DNA of 61,264 bases, filler included, from Candidatus Woesearchaeota archaeon (GCA_003695265.1; 13 parts of 13 records of this genome joined end to end with filler, not necessarily neighbours in it), one strand, 5' to 3'. Positions 19,133-29,439 are shown, numbered from the whole stretch's first letter. Numbers and translations are program-made. Notes: a model not told the origin generated them from the sequence alone.

Positions 19133-20437
19133 TCATTTTCTTAGTGATTTGTAAATGTCAACTATTTCATAAATTAAAGACTCAACATCGTTGAAAGCCC
19201 GCGCGTAGCTTGCAGGCTCCGACAATGTCCTAAAATAAGATGGCTCTGGGTCAATGGTTAAAAGCACAACCCTTATGCCTGCTTCCTCTGCCTCCTCAAT
19301 CGCCTTTCTCGTGTCCATAATATCATACTCCTCAGAGGTCTCCTTAAGATATTCTGGTCTACCATCAGTGATTATGATTAACACCTTATTTTTCTGCTTT
19401 CTCCTTTCCAAGTCTTCTATTGCTACCCTTATTGCCACTCCGCTAGGTGTTTTACTACCCTCAACATAATCCAAAGAAGCAACAATTTCTTTTTTTTCTT
19501 CATCCCAAGGCTCATAATGCCTCTTTATGTATTCTATCAAATTATGTTCAGAATAGTAATCAGTTTGAAAAGAAGCAACAGAGAAACTATCTCCAAGCTC
19601 AGCTAATGCTTCTGCTAATATAAGCGCAGTATACTTTTCAACTTGAATTCTTGTATGATTTTCAACGCGATAGCGTGTTGAGCTACTCCTGTCAATTAGT
19701 ATAGCAACAGTGTAATCTCTCTCCCGCTCTTTGCTTTTAATGTAAATATCTCCTTTCGGCTCTTTTCCTGAGATAACGCGGGTCACTTCTTCCCTAGCTC
19801 TGCGCTGATGAATCCTTGATCCTCTTTTCGTGCCTTTCACTTTCTCCCTCTTCCTTTTCTTCAATTTTCTCAATTCTTCTCTCACAGATTCTACGAGATG
19901 CCCAAAATTCTCACGGAAGAACTCATAATCCCTTGAAGATCCTTGTGATAGTGTTCTTATAACGTAAGTTGCGCGGTTATGGTAAGACTGCTCTTCATAA
20001 TCCCACTCCCTCATCATTCCTTCTTCCCCATCCTCAAAAGTAGTTTCGCTTGTATCAATATCTAAAAGTGATTCAACGCCTTGCTCTCTGCTTTCATTTT
20101 TTCTTTCCACAAAAATCCTGTCAATTATGTCTTCTGGAGATACGCGCGGAGGTTCTTCAGACTTTATCTTCCCTCTCTTTCCCCCAGAAACTTTCTTCCC
20201 ACCCATTCCTCTTTTTGATTTCTTACCAGTGGAGGGTGGTTGCTGAGATGCTTCTTGCTTCTTTCCGTTTTCTTGACCTACTTGTTGCTCTCCTCCAAGT
20301 CCTCCTTGTACTTTCTGCTGAGATTGTTGTTGTTCTTTCAAGCGTTTGTATTCCTCAAGTATCTCACGAACATCGTCGGCTTCTTCTCTGCCAAACCTCT
20401 TCTTTATGTATCTATATATATTTTTTATAAAGCTCAT
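19133..20437 (-). CDS. von Willebrand factor A domain protein (CbbO/NorD C-terminal-like)
   Basis: MIDAS DRSSS, then T in KTP and D in IITDGRP; the EWDY motif resembles CbbO/NorD proteins. Confidence 0.88.
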   Translation of the reverse strand: MSFIKNIYRYIKKRFGREEADDVREILEEYKRLKEQQQSQQKVQGGLGGEQQVGQENGKKQEASQQPPSTGKKSKRGMGGKKVSGGKRGKIKSEEPPRVSPEDIIDRIFVERKNESREQGVESLLDIDTSETTFEDGEEGMMREWDYEEQSYHNRATYVIRTLSQGSSRDYEFFRENFGHLVESVREELRKLKKRKREKVKGTKRGSRIHQRRAREEVTRVISGKEPKGDIYIKSKERERDYTVAILIDRSSSTRYRVENHTRIQVEKYTALILAEALAELGDSFSVASFQTDYYSEHNLIEYIKRHYEPWDEEKKEIVASLDYVEGSKTPSGVAIRVAIEDLERRKQKNKVLIIITDGRPEYLKETSEEYDIMDTRKAIEEAEEAGIRVVLLTIDPEPSYFRTLSEPASYARAFNDVESLIYEIVDIYKSLRK

Positions 20438-20441
20438 TTTA

Positions 20442-21809
20442 CTATTCTGGATTAAGGTTGTTAGCTATTTCCTCTGCCTTTTGAGGAGAATAACCTCTCT
20501 CTTCCAATTTTCTTCTTACAAATTCTTTCAAGGGATCAAAATCAGCTCCTGAAAAACCACTTATTTGAGATTGTTTGTTATCTTCTTGTTTCTGCTTATC
20601 ACCACGCATTCCTTTTAATTTATTAATCAGCCACTTAACATAGTCTCCAACATTTCTTCCTTTTTTATTTTTAGGACTCTTTGGTTTTGGCGGCTCATAA
20701 CCTTCAGGTAATTCACCTTCCTCCCTCATCCTTTCAATTTCTTTCTCAATATCCTTTTGCTTAACGTCCATTCTCTTCTTTTGTTTTTCATACTCCTTCC
20801 TGAACTTGCTTCTCTTATCCTCAGAAGTGATGTCTTCTTTTCGCTCCAATCTAATTCTTCCCGTGTCAAAGCTGTGCTGAGTCATTGTCTCAGGCATCTC
20901 TGCTTCGCTTAATTCATCACCAAAAGCGTCGTGCAATTTTCTATATATTCTTTCGGCTATTTCAATGCTGTCAAAAACAGTCGCATCTGCTCTCTTTACT
21001 TGCTCAACTTCATCAAGCAACTCCACAAAAAGCTCCGCATAAGACCTTTTACCTTCAGGGCTTTTGTATTTCTTCTTAAGGAACTTTTTCTCACCTCTCG
21101 TTTTTTTGTTAAGCTCACCATGAGTGTATCCTGAGATCGCCTTTTGTGTAAGCATTACAATTAATCGTGTAAAATCACTGTCTATGTTGTCAGTGTCCAT
21201 GATCTTAACAAGGTATCTTTCTGTCTGAACCAATGGTTTTACCCTTTTAGGATCATCAATGAACTCTTTTTTAAACAGGTATTCAACCCGGACATCTTCA
21301 ACAATGTTTAGTATTGTTCTCATTATTTCTGGGCTTTCAAACTGCTGCACATAATCTGAGATATCAATTAGGAAGCTGCCATAACGAATGTGTGCTGCTT
21401 CATGAAATAGACTCCCAACATAAAGAGTTAGATTAGGATCGTTGCCGGCATTTTCTCCCTTTCTTCTTTTATACTTAATAAAGGATATTATTTGAGGCAA
21501 ATAAATTGCCTTGCCGTCTGTGTTTGGAACAGGGTTTCCAGAATGAAGACCAACATTTACTCTTCCAAGAATGCCAAGCTTCTCAATTGAAAGAATTGGG
21601 CTGGCCTCATCAAAGGTTACCCCATAACCCTCTTCTTCTCTTGAGTCAACTTTCTCCAACACATATGGTTCTACATGAATAAACTCACCATCAGGACATT
21701 TTACGTGATAACCCTCACCGCATTCTTTTGTGATAATCCCTTTTGTTCCTTTTTCATAGCCTGATACATCCTCTGTGAGCTTGACTACGTCTCCAATGTT
21801 ATAACTCAT
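20442..21809 (-). CDS. HExxH metallopeptidase-like protein resembling the N-terminal domain of CobT/CbbO-type vWA proteins
   Basis: TDGKAIYLP, HEAAH, NIVEDVRVE; small SH3/KOW-like N-terminus (IGDVVKL...GTKGII). Confidence 0.75.
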   Translation of the reverse strand: MSYNIGDVVKLTEDVSGYEKGTKGIITKECGEGYHVKCPDGEFIHVEPYVLEKVDSREEEGYGVTFDEASPILSIEKLGILGRVNVGLHSGNPVPNTDGKAIYLPQIISFIKYKRRKGENAGNDPNLTLYVGSLFHEAAHIRYGSFLIDISDYVQQFESPEIMRTILNIVEDVRVEYLFKKEFIDDPKRVKPLVQTERYLVKIMDTDNIDSDFTRLIVMLTQKAISGYTHGELNKKTRGEKKFLKKKYKSPEGKRSYAELFVELLDEVEQVKRADATVFDSIEIAERIYRKLHDAFGDELSEAEMPETMTQHSFDTGRIRLERKEDITSEDKRSKFRKEYEKQKKRMDVKQKDIEKEIERMREEGELPEGYEPPKPKSPKNKKGRNVGDYVKWLINKLKGMRGDKQKQEDNKQSQISGFSGADFDPLKEFVRRKLEERGYSPQKAEEIANNLNPE

Positions 21810-21906
21810 TTTACCTAAAATATTTTTTACTCTTAACCCTTATAAATTTTGCTGTTTCTGAGCTAAGCCAACCTAAGAAGATTGGCTTAACTCTCTTTCT
21901 TCATCT

Positions 21907-22689
21907 TCATCCCAAAAGCTCCTCTATCTCTCTCATGTATGTTTCTCCTCCTACATTAATGATAATTTTTCCTCCTTCTTCCCTCAACCCACCTATGCTG
22001 AGGTAGTCCTTTGTTACCTTTGAATCAGTAATCACCTCATGCATTAGCTCGCCATCTTTATTTTCCCATACAAGATAAACAGTGTCAAAGCCGTATGTTG
22101 AGCCGTTCTCTGTTCCGAAGACTATTGCAGCCACATTCCTTCCTGGCAATCTTTTGACGTCCCTAACATAATCATACCCGAGCCTTGGCGCTATTCTCTT
22201 AACAAGGTTTTCTGCTTGTTCAACAAAATCCAAGTCCTTGGGCTCTTCAATTCTTCCATCAAGAGTTATCTTCACTTTTGTTTTTGCAAACGTTCCGCCT
22301 TCAGCTCCTTCCGGAGTGATCTCTGCGATAACCCCATCCTCTAAAAGCTCGCACAAGGAGATAGAGGCGTCTCTGCCACGAGAACCTGTGAGTGCACTAA
22401 CACTGTTTCTTATCCATGCATGATCCTCATAAATCATTCTTGGCGCGTTGTTGCCTTCAACATACCAAACCGAGTACCTGTACTGGTCGCCAAGCCATCC
22501 TTCTCCTTCTGGCGTGCACCTGTCAGTATCTATCTGCTCAAAGAGTACAAAGGCTGCTCTTTCATTCTCAGAATCAATAATCTGGTGATGTATCCTTGTT
22601 TCTTGATACAACGGGTGGTCGTGCTGGTGAGTCCTAACAACATTATCCATTGCTTCCTTCACCTTTCTTTCAAATTCTGATTCAGACAT
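21907..22689 (-). CDS. Hypothetical protein
   Basis: About 260-aa ORF; no family recognised. Confidence 0.7.
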   Translation of the reverse strand: MSESEFERKVKEAMDNVVRTHQHDHPLYQETRIHHQIIDSENERAAFVLFEQIDTDRCTPEGEGWLGDQYRYSVWYVEGNNAPRMIYEDHAWIRNSVSALTGSRGRDASISLCELLEDGVIAEITPEGAEGGTFAKTKVKITLDGRIEEPKDLDFVEQAENLVKRIAPRLGYDYVRDVKRLPGRNVAAIVFGTENGSTYGFDTVYLVWENKDGELMHEVITDSKVTKDYLSIGGLREEGGKIIINVGGETYMREIEELLG

Positions 22690-22774
22690 TTTTATCAACC
22701 CCCTTACTTTGTTCTTTTAGTATCCTTTTTTGGTTCCTTATCCTATTCTTTAACGTTTTCTGACTTATATTTTG

Positions 22775-23326
22775 CTAGCCATCAACCTCTACCTCAAGCC
22801 CATAATTCCTAAGTATTTCAGCGACTTCGTCATGGTTTGCTCTGCCAAAATCTACTGAGCGACCATAAACACTAATTCTTCCGTTTTTGTAGAGTAGCCA
22901 ACCACCTCCCCTTACTTCTAATTTTCTGCCAAGAACTTTTTCGATTCTTTCTCTGATTTGGTAATGCATACCAAGGTCGGGAAAGCAGGCAATAATGTCT
23001 CTTCTCCCATCAGAAAGCCTCAAGTACTTTAATGGTTCTCCCTCTTCAGCAATAAGTACTAATCTCTCTGTTGGTGAATTATGATTGATTAATATTCTAT
23101 ACTTCCCATGATTGTCCTGAAGCTGAGAATCCTTAAGTGCGCTGATGCAATAATCTTCCAACTTCTTATATTTTAAGCTATCAATTGTCTCACGGAATGA
23201 GTCAATAACTCCATATTCTGGGAGTATTCCCCTTACTTCTTTATACTCTCTTACAAAATCCATTATTTCTCCTGCTATTCCTATCCTTGTCAGGGCCTCA
23301 TTTACTAAGTCTGTTAAGCTCATCAT
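22775..23326 (-). CDS. Protein with a C-terminal Janus/Ocnus (PHPT1 phosphohistidine phosphatase)-like domain
   Basis: H..I...GGG.L....I.VYG.S..FG.A.H pattern (MHYQI...RGGGWLLYKNGRISVYGRSVDFGRANH). Confidence 0.65.
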   Translation of the reverse strand: MMSLTDLVNEALTRIGIAGEIMDFVREYKEVRGILPEYGVIDSFRETIDSLKYKKLEDYCISALKDSQLQDNHGKYRILINHNSPTERLVLIAEEGEPLKYLRLSDGRRDIIACFPDLGMHYQIRERIEKVLGRKLEVRGGGWLLYKNGRISVYGRSVDFGRANHDEVAEILRNYGLEVEVDG

Positions 23327-23820
23327 AAAACACCTCTATTGTTACCACTTTGTAATAAGTAATATTTATATAAGAAAGTTTACATCAAAAAATACGTAAA
23401 AACCGAAATATTCATGCATTATAATCATGTTATACTAATTATGACCAATGTATTTCATGAGAGAGGTGTAAAAGATGTGAAGCTTTACTTCAAGGACAAA
23501 ATTATTGCTGTGCTTGAAAAACAGCAGAACAACCTTCACAAATAGCAAAAAAGTGGCATTAATTAGGGATGCTGTTCGTTACAAGATTGAGCGAATGAAA
23601 AATAATAATATCAAAGTAAAAACTCATTTATGCCCATAAGATCATTATTCAGCATTGTTTCAAAAAATGTTTGAATCTTTTAAATCAGATAATAAAAGTA
23701 ATGTTTGAAAGTAGCTTTAAGAAGTATGACACACTGTTGACCTACAAAGAATACAAATATAAAATGTCTCTGTTAAACTTTAGTTCATTGCCTCAATAAT
23801 AAAACATTAGCACTGAAGAA

Positions 23821-24450
23821 TTACCTTGTAAGAATAGATGAAACAAATTGCTCCATTTTATCATAAACTCTCTGGGCTTTTGAATAAAGCTCATCAATCT
23901 TTTCTCCTTTTATCTCTTTAATCTCTCCATGTTCCACTTTTTTATAGTATTCAAAAACCTCCTCGATCATTTGAGAGTAAACTCGAGGTATCTTATTCTT
24001 AAATCTGAGTGCTAATTCCTCATCAACCCTTCTTTGATGAGGAACAGGGTGATTTTCTGCCATTAAAGTAGCTTGGCCTGCACAAATAACTGCATCAGAT
24101 AGTTTTTCTAATAATTGGACTTTCATGGAATTTATTTTTTTTAGTCTTAAAGCAACACTTTTCTTTAGGTTTTCCAAGGATTTTGGAAGTCCTATAACTC
24201 CCCCTCTCCCAGCAATTCTTTTTAGGGGCAACACGAATCCTGCGGGGTCATAAATAGGTATGGAAACCTCCAACTCCCTGAATGTGTTAAGGCTCCCATG
24301 CATTACCTCACTAAAATAATGTGTAATATAATAAAAGCCTGTGTGCAGCTTGACTTTTGCTGTTTTCCTAATAGATTCTTCCTTTCTTTGACAGTCATCC
24401 ATCAAGCTTCTTATGATTTTTTTGCTCGCTTTAATATCATCAACAAGTAT
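23821..24450 (-). CDS. Nucleotidyltransferase-like protein with a helical (HEPN-like) C-terminus, 5' truncated
   Basis: Frame is open to the contig edge and starts ILVDD, like the tail of the NTase DxD strand; PIYDP motif. Confidence 0.55.
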   Translation of the reverse strand: MLVDDIKASKKIIRSLMDDCQRKEESIRKTAKVKLHTGFYYITHYFSEVMHGSLNTFRELEVSIPIYDPAGFVLPLKRIAGRGGVIGLPKSLENLKKSVALRLKKINSMKVQLLEKLSDAVICAGQATLMAENHPVPHQRRVDEELALRFKNKIPRVYSQMIEEVFEYYKKVEHGEIKEIKGEKIDELYSKAQRVYDKMEQFVSSILTR

Positions 24451-24746
24451 CANNNNNNNNNNNNNNNNNNNNNNNNNNNNNNNNNNNNNNNNNNNNTTAA
24501 TTAATTAANNNNNNNNNNNNNNNNNNNNNNNNNNNNNNNNNNNNNNNNNNNNATTAAATAAACAACAATAATAGCACCTATTACTTTCAGAATTCCTCTC
24601 TTTTTCTTAGCGGTTTCCCTCATTTTTAATTAGTATCATGTCTTTACTTATATAATATTTTTTCTTATATCAACCAATAAAACAATTAATACAACAAATT
24701 TTTTTTTTGCGTTAAGTTTTTATATGAAGCGCTTATTTTGAGATTT

Positions 24747-25043
24747 ATGCAAAGCATTTCAGTAAGGGAAATGATTAATTATTCTGAAGGTGGGATCATC
24801 AGTAAGGTTGTTTCTAAAGGTGTAATTGAAGTAACTCTCTTTTGCATGGCTGCAGGCACTTCAATTGGTGAGCACACCTCAACTAAGAAAGGCTGCGTGT
24901 ATGTTATTGAGGGAAAAGGAGTTTTTAATCTTGATGGCAAAGACATTGTTATGGAAGAAGGTGTTATTATTGAGATAGCCAGGAATGCAAAGCATTCGCT
25001 GAAGGCAGAGAAAAACACTAGTTTTTTGCTCTTTTTAACATGA
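24747..25043 (+). CDS. Cupin-domain protein
   Basis: GTSIGEH...YVIEGKG...NAKHSLKA. Confidence 0.85.
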   Translation: MQSISVREMINYSEGGIISKVVSKGVIEVTLFCMAAGTSIGEHTSTKKGCVYVIEGKGVFNLDGKDIVMEEGVIIEIARNAKHSLKAEKNTSFLLFLT

Positions 25044-25169
25044 AAAAATATTCATTGTAAGAATTATGAAAAATTAAGGGTTAAAACGTGATGTAACACT
25101 TATTATTGATCCTTTCACTGGACATTTGCCGTCGCACTCCTTATTAATAAAAAAACCTTATTCTCATTC

Positions 25170-26249
25170 ATGAACCTGTTCCAAAAAGCCAAAATACTCG
25201 GTGAAGCAGGCCGTTACGACAGCTGCGGCCCAAAAATGTGCGAAGTAAAAATAGGCTCAGGGCTTAATGGGATTTACCATGCAAGGGCAGAGCACAAAAC
25301 GTGCCGCTTATTCAAAACCCTTATGAGCAATGCCTGCTCGTTCGACTGCAAGTACTGCAGCAACGCAAATAATTGCACGAAAAAGAAAGCAAAATTCGAG
25401 CCTAAAGAGTTAGCAACGCTGTTTAACCATCTGAACAAAAAATTAGGGGTTCACGGGCTTTTCTTAAGCTCAGCAGTCTCAGGCAATCCTGACAGGGTCA
25501 CTGAGGAAATGATTGAAGCAGTCGAGATTCTTAGGTATAAATACAACTTCAATGGTTACATACACTTTAAAGTCCTGCCGGGAACCTCAAGGCATCTAAT
25601 AAAACACGCGGCTGAGCTTTCAACAAGGATGAGCATAAACATAGAGGCGCCGAGCAGCTCGGTGATGAGCGAGCTTAGCAGCTGCAAAGACTTCAAAATA
25701 GACATTCTGAGAAGGCAGGCATGGATTTCTAGAATGAACTTGTCAGGAGGCCAGACAACGCAGCTTATTCTTAACAGCCTTGCAACTGACAAAGAAGTAT
25801 TAAGAATGGTTCGCTGGGAATACGATGAGCTAAAACTGAAAAGGGTTTATTACTCATCCTTCAGACCAGTGAAAGGTACTCCTCTTGAAAATGAGCCTGC
25901 AGAGCCTTTGCAGAGGCAAAACCGCCTTTACAATGTTGACTTCCTGCTGAGAAAATACCAATTCAGGATAAAAGAGTTTCATAAAATAATGATTGACGGC
26001 ATGCTTCCAAAGGAGGATCCTAAGACGGCTTTGGCAAGGCTTTACTTTGACAAGCCTGTTGACATAAACGAAGCTAGCTATGAGGAGCTGATAAGAATTC
26101 CTGGAATAGGCCCAAAAACCGCGGGGAAAATAAAAAGGACAAAAATCACGAAATACGAGCAACTGCACAAACTAGGCGGCCAAATAAAAAAAGCAATGCC
26201 TTTCATAATCATTGATGGCAAAAGGCAGACTATGATAAAAGAGTTCTGA
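25170..26249 (+). CDS. Putative DNA modification/repair radical SAM protein with helix-hairpin-helix
   Basis: CSFDCKYC, GLFLSS, GYIHFK, SINIE, RVYYS, LIRIPGIGPK. Confidence 0.9.
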   Translation: MNLFQKAKILGEAGRYDSCGPKMCEVKIGSGLNGIYHARAEHKTCRLFKTLMSNACSFDCKYCSNANNCTKKKAKFEPKELATLFNHLNKKLGVHGLFLSSAVSGNPDRVTEEMIEAVEILRYKYNFNGYIHFKVLPGTSRHLIKHAAELSTRMSINIEAPSSSVMSELSSCKDFKIDILRRQAWISRMNLSGGQTTQLILNSLATDKEVLRMVRWEYDELKLKRVYYSSFRPVKGTPLENEPAEPLQRQNRLYNVDFLLRKYQFRIKEFHKIMIDGMLPKEDPKTALARLYFDKPVDINEASYEELIRIPGIGPKTAGKIKRTKITKYEQLHKLGGQIKKAMPFIIIDGKRQTMIKEF

Positions 26250-26250
26250 T

Positions 26251-26781
26251 TCAGGCTGTTTTGAAAACCCTGCTTTTTGGAATTTCTTCTCTTTTAGCAT
26301 AATGCTTATCAACTTCGCAACCAAGGTCTTTAAGGGGGTATACAGGAACTTCACTATCATAGAACTCAATTGTTTCTTTGCTTAGTCCAAACATACTGGC
26401 TATTCTGAACGCAGTATCCTCATTCCATTCATACAGTTCCTGTGATTCTAAATAAAATTCTTCTGGATAAAAATTTGAATTATAAAAAGGGAAATCTATC
26501 TGCCCATCATCCCAAACACCAGGATGCCTAAACCCTTTGTCAACCACTTTCGGCAGCTCTGTTATCATTACATACTTACCTTTCCTAACCAGCCTAGTTC
26601 CAATACTTGCCTCGCTAAAAGCAAAGTAGCCATCCCTATTTTTTATGATAAATTTAGGCACTCTGAGCCTTATAAAGAAAACGTTCTCATCAACCCTCTC
26701 ATAAGTAAGGTTTCCATAATCATGCTCATTTTCTTCATAAGTTCTTATTATTTCTTCCAGGAACTGCTCAAAACTTTCCAT
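26251..26781 (-). CDS. Hypothetical protein with a weak E2/UBC-like motif
   Basis: PKV...HPGVWDDGQIDF resembles UBC HPNV...G.IC but lacks the Cys. Confidence 0.55.
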   Translation of the reverse strand: MESFEQFLEEIIRTYEENEHDYGNLTYERVDENVFFIRLRVPKFIIKNRDGYFAFSEASIGTRLVRKGKYVMITELPKVVDKGFRHPGVWDDGQIDFPFYNSNFYPEEFYLESQELYEWNEDTAFRIASMFGLSKETIEFYDSEVPVYPLKDLGCEVDKHYAKREEIPKSRVFKTA

Positions 26782-26899
26782 GAAAATAATAATCAAATTA
26801 TCCTTTAAATCAATTATTAAAAAATTCTTGAAAAACTTCTGAACTTTCTGAAAAAAGTCCGGCGCAAATTATTTAAGTGACAAAAACGTTTTTTGTTTT

Positions 26900-27702
26900 A
26901 TGACTAATAAGATTGTTCTGCCTCAGGATAAATACGAAACCCAATGTTGGAATGCGGAAATGGCCAGGAGAGGCCAGATAATGAGACAATTAATCAATCC
27001 TGAAGAGAGGGATTTATTGGTTTATTACCCCGCAGCTGGTTTTGATACAATCATCTCAAGGCTTATCGGTGCTGGGACTCAGGTACAGGTGGAAAAAAGC
27101 CATGAGCAGTGCAAAGATTTTGATCCAAACCCATGGACTCCAAATGAATGGGATGGAAGAAGGACAGAATACTATGTTCAATGGCTTCATATCATAGACT
27201 ATTGGTATGACGCTTTTCAGCTTAGGCCGCCAGAGATTCATGACGGATTTGATGTTTACATAGATAAACATGGCATAAAAATATCTAATAATACCTCGTA
27301 CAAAGCTTATGTTTATAATCTTCTTAGGGAGGGAGGATTCCTAATCTCTGAGGGCACACAAAATTTTTTTGTAGGTTTTGAGCCAGAATTATTCGGGTTA
27401 GAAATGATTCTTAATAAAGAGGACAGACCTAGTTGTAAAGGACAGCCTTCTCATCTTAGTGTTTGGGCAAAAGAAACGGGCTGTTTCTGCCTGAAGACTT
27501 CTTCAAGGCTGATTTGGTTTTGGGACAGGTTAGAAATGACAGAAGAAGTGCAAAATTTTATGCTTCAAGAGGCTGGACGCATTTCTCTCCAGAAATTGAT
27601 GAGAATATTGCAAGAGAAAAAATTAACATGTTTTTATCAAATATAAACAGTCATGAACTTTCTGAAATCGCAATGCCTTATTTGGAAAACTTTTTTTCTT
27701 AG
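26900..27702 (+). pseudogene. SAM-dependent methyltransferase-like gene with a probable single frameshift near 27468-27472
   Basis: VYYPAAGFD resembles motif I. Adding one A to GCAAAAG joins ORF 26900-27646 to the 27463-27702 frame (LSVWAKRNGLFLPE...). May be a sequencing error. Confidence 0.45.
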
Positions 27703-27724
27703 CAAATGCAAACATTTTTAATAG

Positions 27725-28381
27725 ATGAGTTTTACTCGTTTTAGAATGAGTTGGGAAAAGATTAAGAAATCATGGAAGAAAATATGGTACTTCATATGGG
27801 AGGATGATTCTGGGTGGAGCTGGATAGCTAACATTATACTGGCATTTGTTCTGATAAAGTATATAGTTTATCCTGGCTTGGGCTTGCTGATGGGAACATC
27901 TTACCCAATCGTTGCTGTAGTCTCAACTAGCATGGAGCACCCCGGGACTTTTGATGAGTGGTGGCAGTCACCTGCCTCTTGCAACAAGGAGATGTGCACT
28001 CAGGCTGATTTCTATGCGAATTATAACATAACAAGAGAGCAGTTTGAGTCATTCCGCTTCAAGAACGGATTTAACATGGGCGACATAATGGTGCTGCATG
28101 GTGTTAAGCCAAAGGACGTGCAGCAGGGTGATGTGATTGTTTTCAAAAGCAACAGGCCAGACCCAATAATTCACAGGGTTATAAAAACACAGGAGATTAA
28201 TGGGGTTTACCATTTTACAACAAAAGGGGACCACAACAAAAACATTCACCCGGGCATTGCAGAAAGTGACATTAGGGAAGACAGGCTTATAGGAAAAGCA
28301 TTGATAAGGGTTCCTCTGCTTGGATGGATAAAAATAGGATTTATGAGGCTTGTTCAAATGTTAGGGGTTGTTTTAAAATGA
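27725..28381 (+). CDS. Signal peptidase I (archaeal Sec11 type)
   Basis: TM followed by STSMEH, GDIM, IIHRV, TKGDHN. Confidence 0.92.
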   Translation: MSFTRFRMSWEKIKKSWKKIWYFIWEDDSGWSWIANIILAFVLIKYIVYPGLGLLMGTSYPIVAVVSTSMEHPGTFDEWWQSPASCNKEMCTQADFYANYNITREQFESFRFKNGFNMGDIMVLHGVKPKDVQQGDVIVFKSNRPDPIIHRVIKTQEINGVYHFTTKGDHNKNIHPGIAESDIREDRLIGKALIRVPLLGWIKIGFMRLVQMLGVVLK

Positions 28382-28692
28382 TGTTTTGCCCGAAATGCGG
28401 CTCACTGCTGAAGCCGGCAACAAAAAAAGGAAAGACAATAATGGCTTGTAGCTGCGGTTTTTCTGACATGGACACTGACAAGGCAAAATTAAAGGAAGAA
28501 TTCAAAGAAGAAAACAAAATTGAGGTTGTGGAAAAAGAGGCAGAAGCGCTTCCTTTAGTTGATGCAACATGTGAGAAGTGCGGCCATAAAAAAGCTTATT
28601 TCTGGAGCGTCCAGACAAGGGCTGGAGACGAGCCAGAGACAAGGTTCTTTAAATGCGAAAAATGCAAGCACACCTGGCGAGAGTACAAGTAG
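28378..28692 (+). CDS. tfs: Transcription factor S (TFS)
   Basis: Two zinc ribbons (FCPKCG; CEKC...CEKC) and catalytic QTRAGDEPET. Confidence 0.93.
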   Translation: MMFCPKCGSLLKPATKKGKTIMACSCGFSDMDTDKAKLKEEFKEENKIEVVEKEAEALPLVDATCEKCGHKKAYFWSVQTRAGDEPETRFFKCEKCKHTWREYK

Positions 28693-28822
28693 AGCAGCTA
28701 ATAAAAAACCGTCAGCTCAGGATTATTGTAAAACCAAACCACAACACCAACACGATTCTTGGAATAGAAGAAGGTATTGTAAAAGTCGGAGTAAAAGCGC
28801 CGCCTGACAAGAACAAGGCAAA
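28653..28822 (+). CDS. DUF167/YggU family protein (3' truncated)
   Basis: IIVKPN...VKVGVKAPPDKNKA; start uncertain. Confidence 0.8.
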
Positions 28823-28922
28823 NNNNNNNNNNNNNNNNNNNNNNNNNNNNNNNNNNNNNNNNNNNNTTAATTAATTAANNNNNNNNNNNNNNNNNNNNNN
28901 NNNNNNNNNNNNNNNNNNNNNN

Positions 28923-29395
28923 AGGTAATACAAAGGGGCTTAATACAGTCAAAGATGTCAAGGTACGGCACACTAGCAACAATTCTTGTGGTGTCAGCAA
29001 ATTTTTCGCTTATGCATTACATGCTTGGGGCTCCTAAAATCCACATATGGAGCGCTGTAATATCTGTGTTCTTTGGGTCTATCGTGGTAGTTCTTCTCTT
29101 TGAGAAGACAAGAAACCTTTTTTTAACAATACTCGTGCATTTAGTTTATAATTGCGCTGTTGCATACCAAATATACTTGCATGCTGTAAATAATACTGCT
29201 GCAGAAATTGTTTTTTGGACTGTTTATGGCATTGTTTTTTTGCTAACGGCAAAACACTCTTGGAAAATATTGAAAGGATACGCTTGGCTTGGAAAAGATT
29301 TTTCTGTTCTTGATTGGATTATACTGCCGGCTTACGGAGTAATATTCCCACTGCTATTAGTGTTCTGGACGCAGGTTAAAGCATTCTTGTTTTAG
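28923..29395 (+). CDS. CPBP/Abi (CAAX) family intramembrane protease, 5' truncated
   Basis: F...H motif (FSLMH), HLVYN, several TM segments. Confidence 0.75.
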
Positions 29396-29439
29396 AAATG
29401 ATTTTAGAGATAATTTGCTTTAGAAAACAATGTTTAAAA

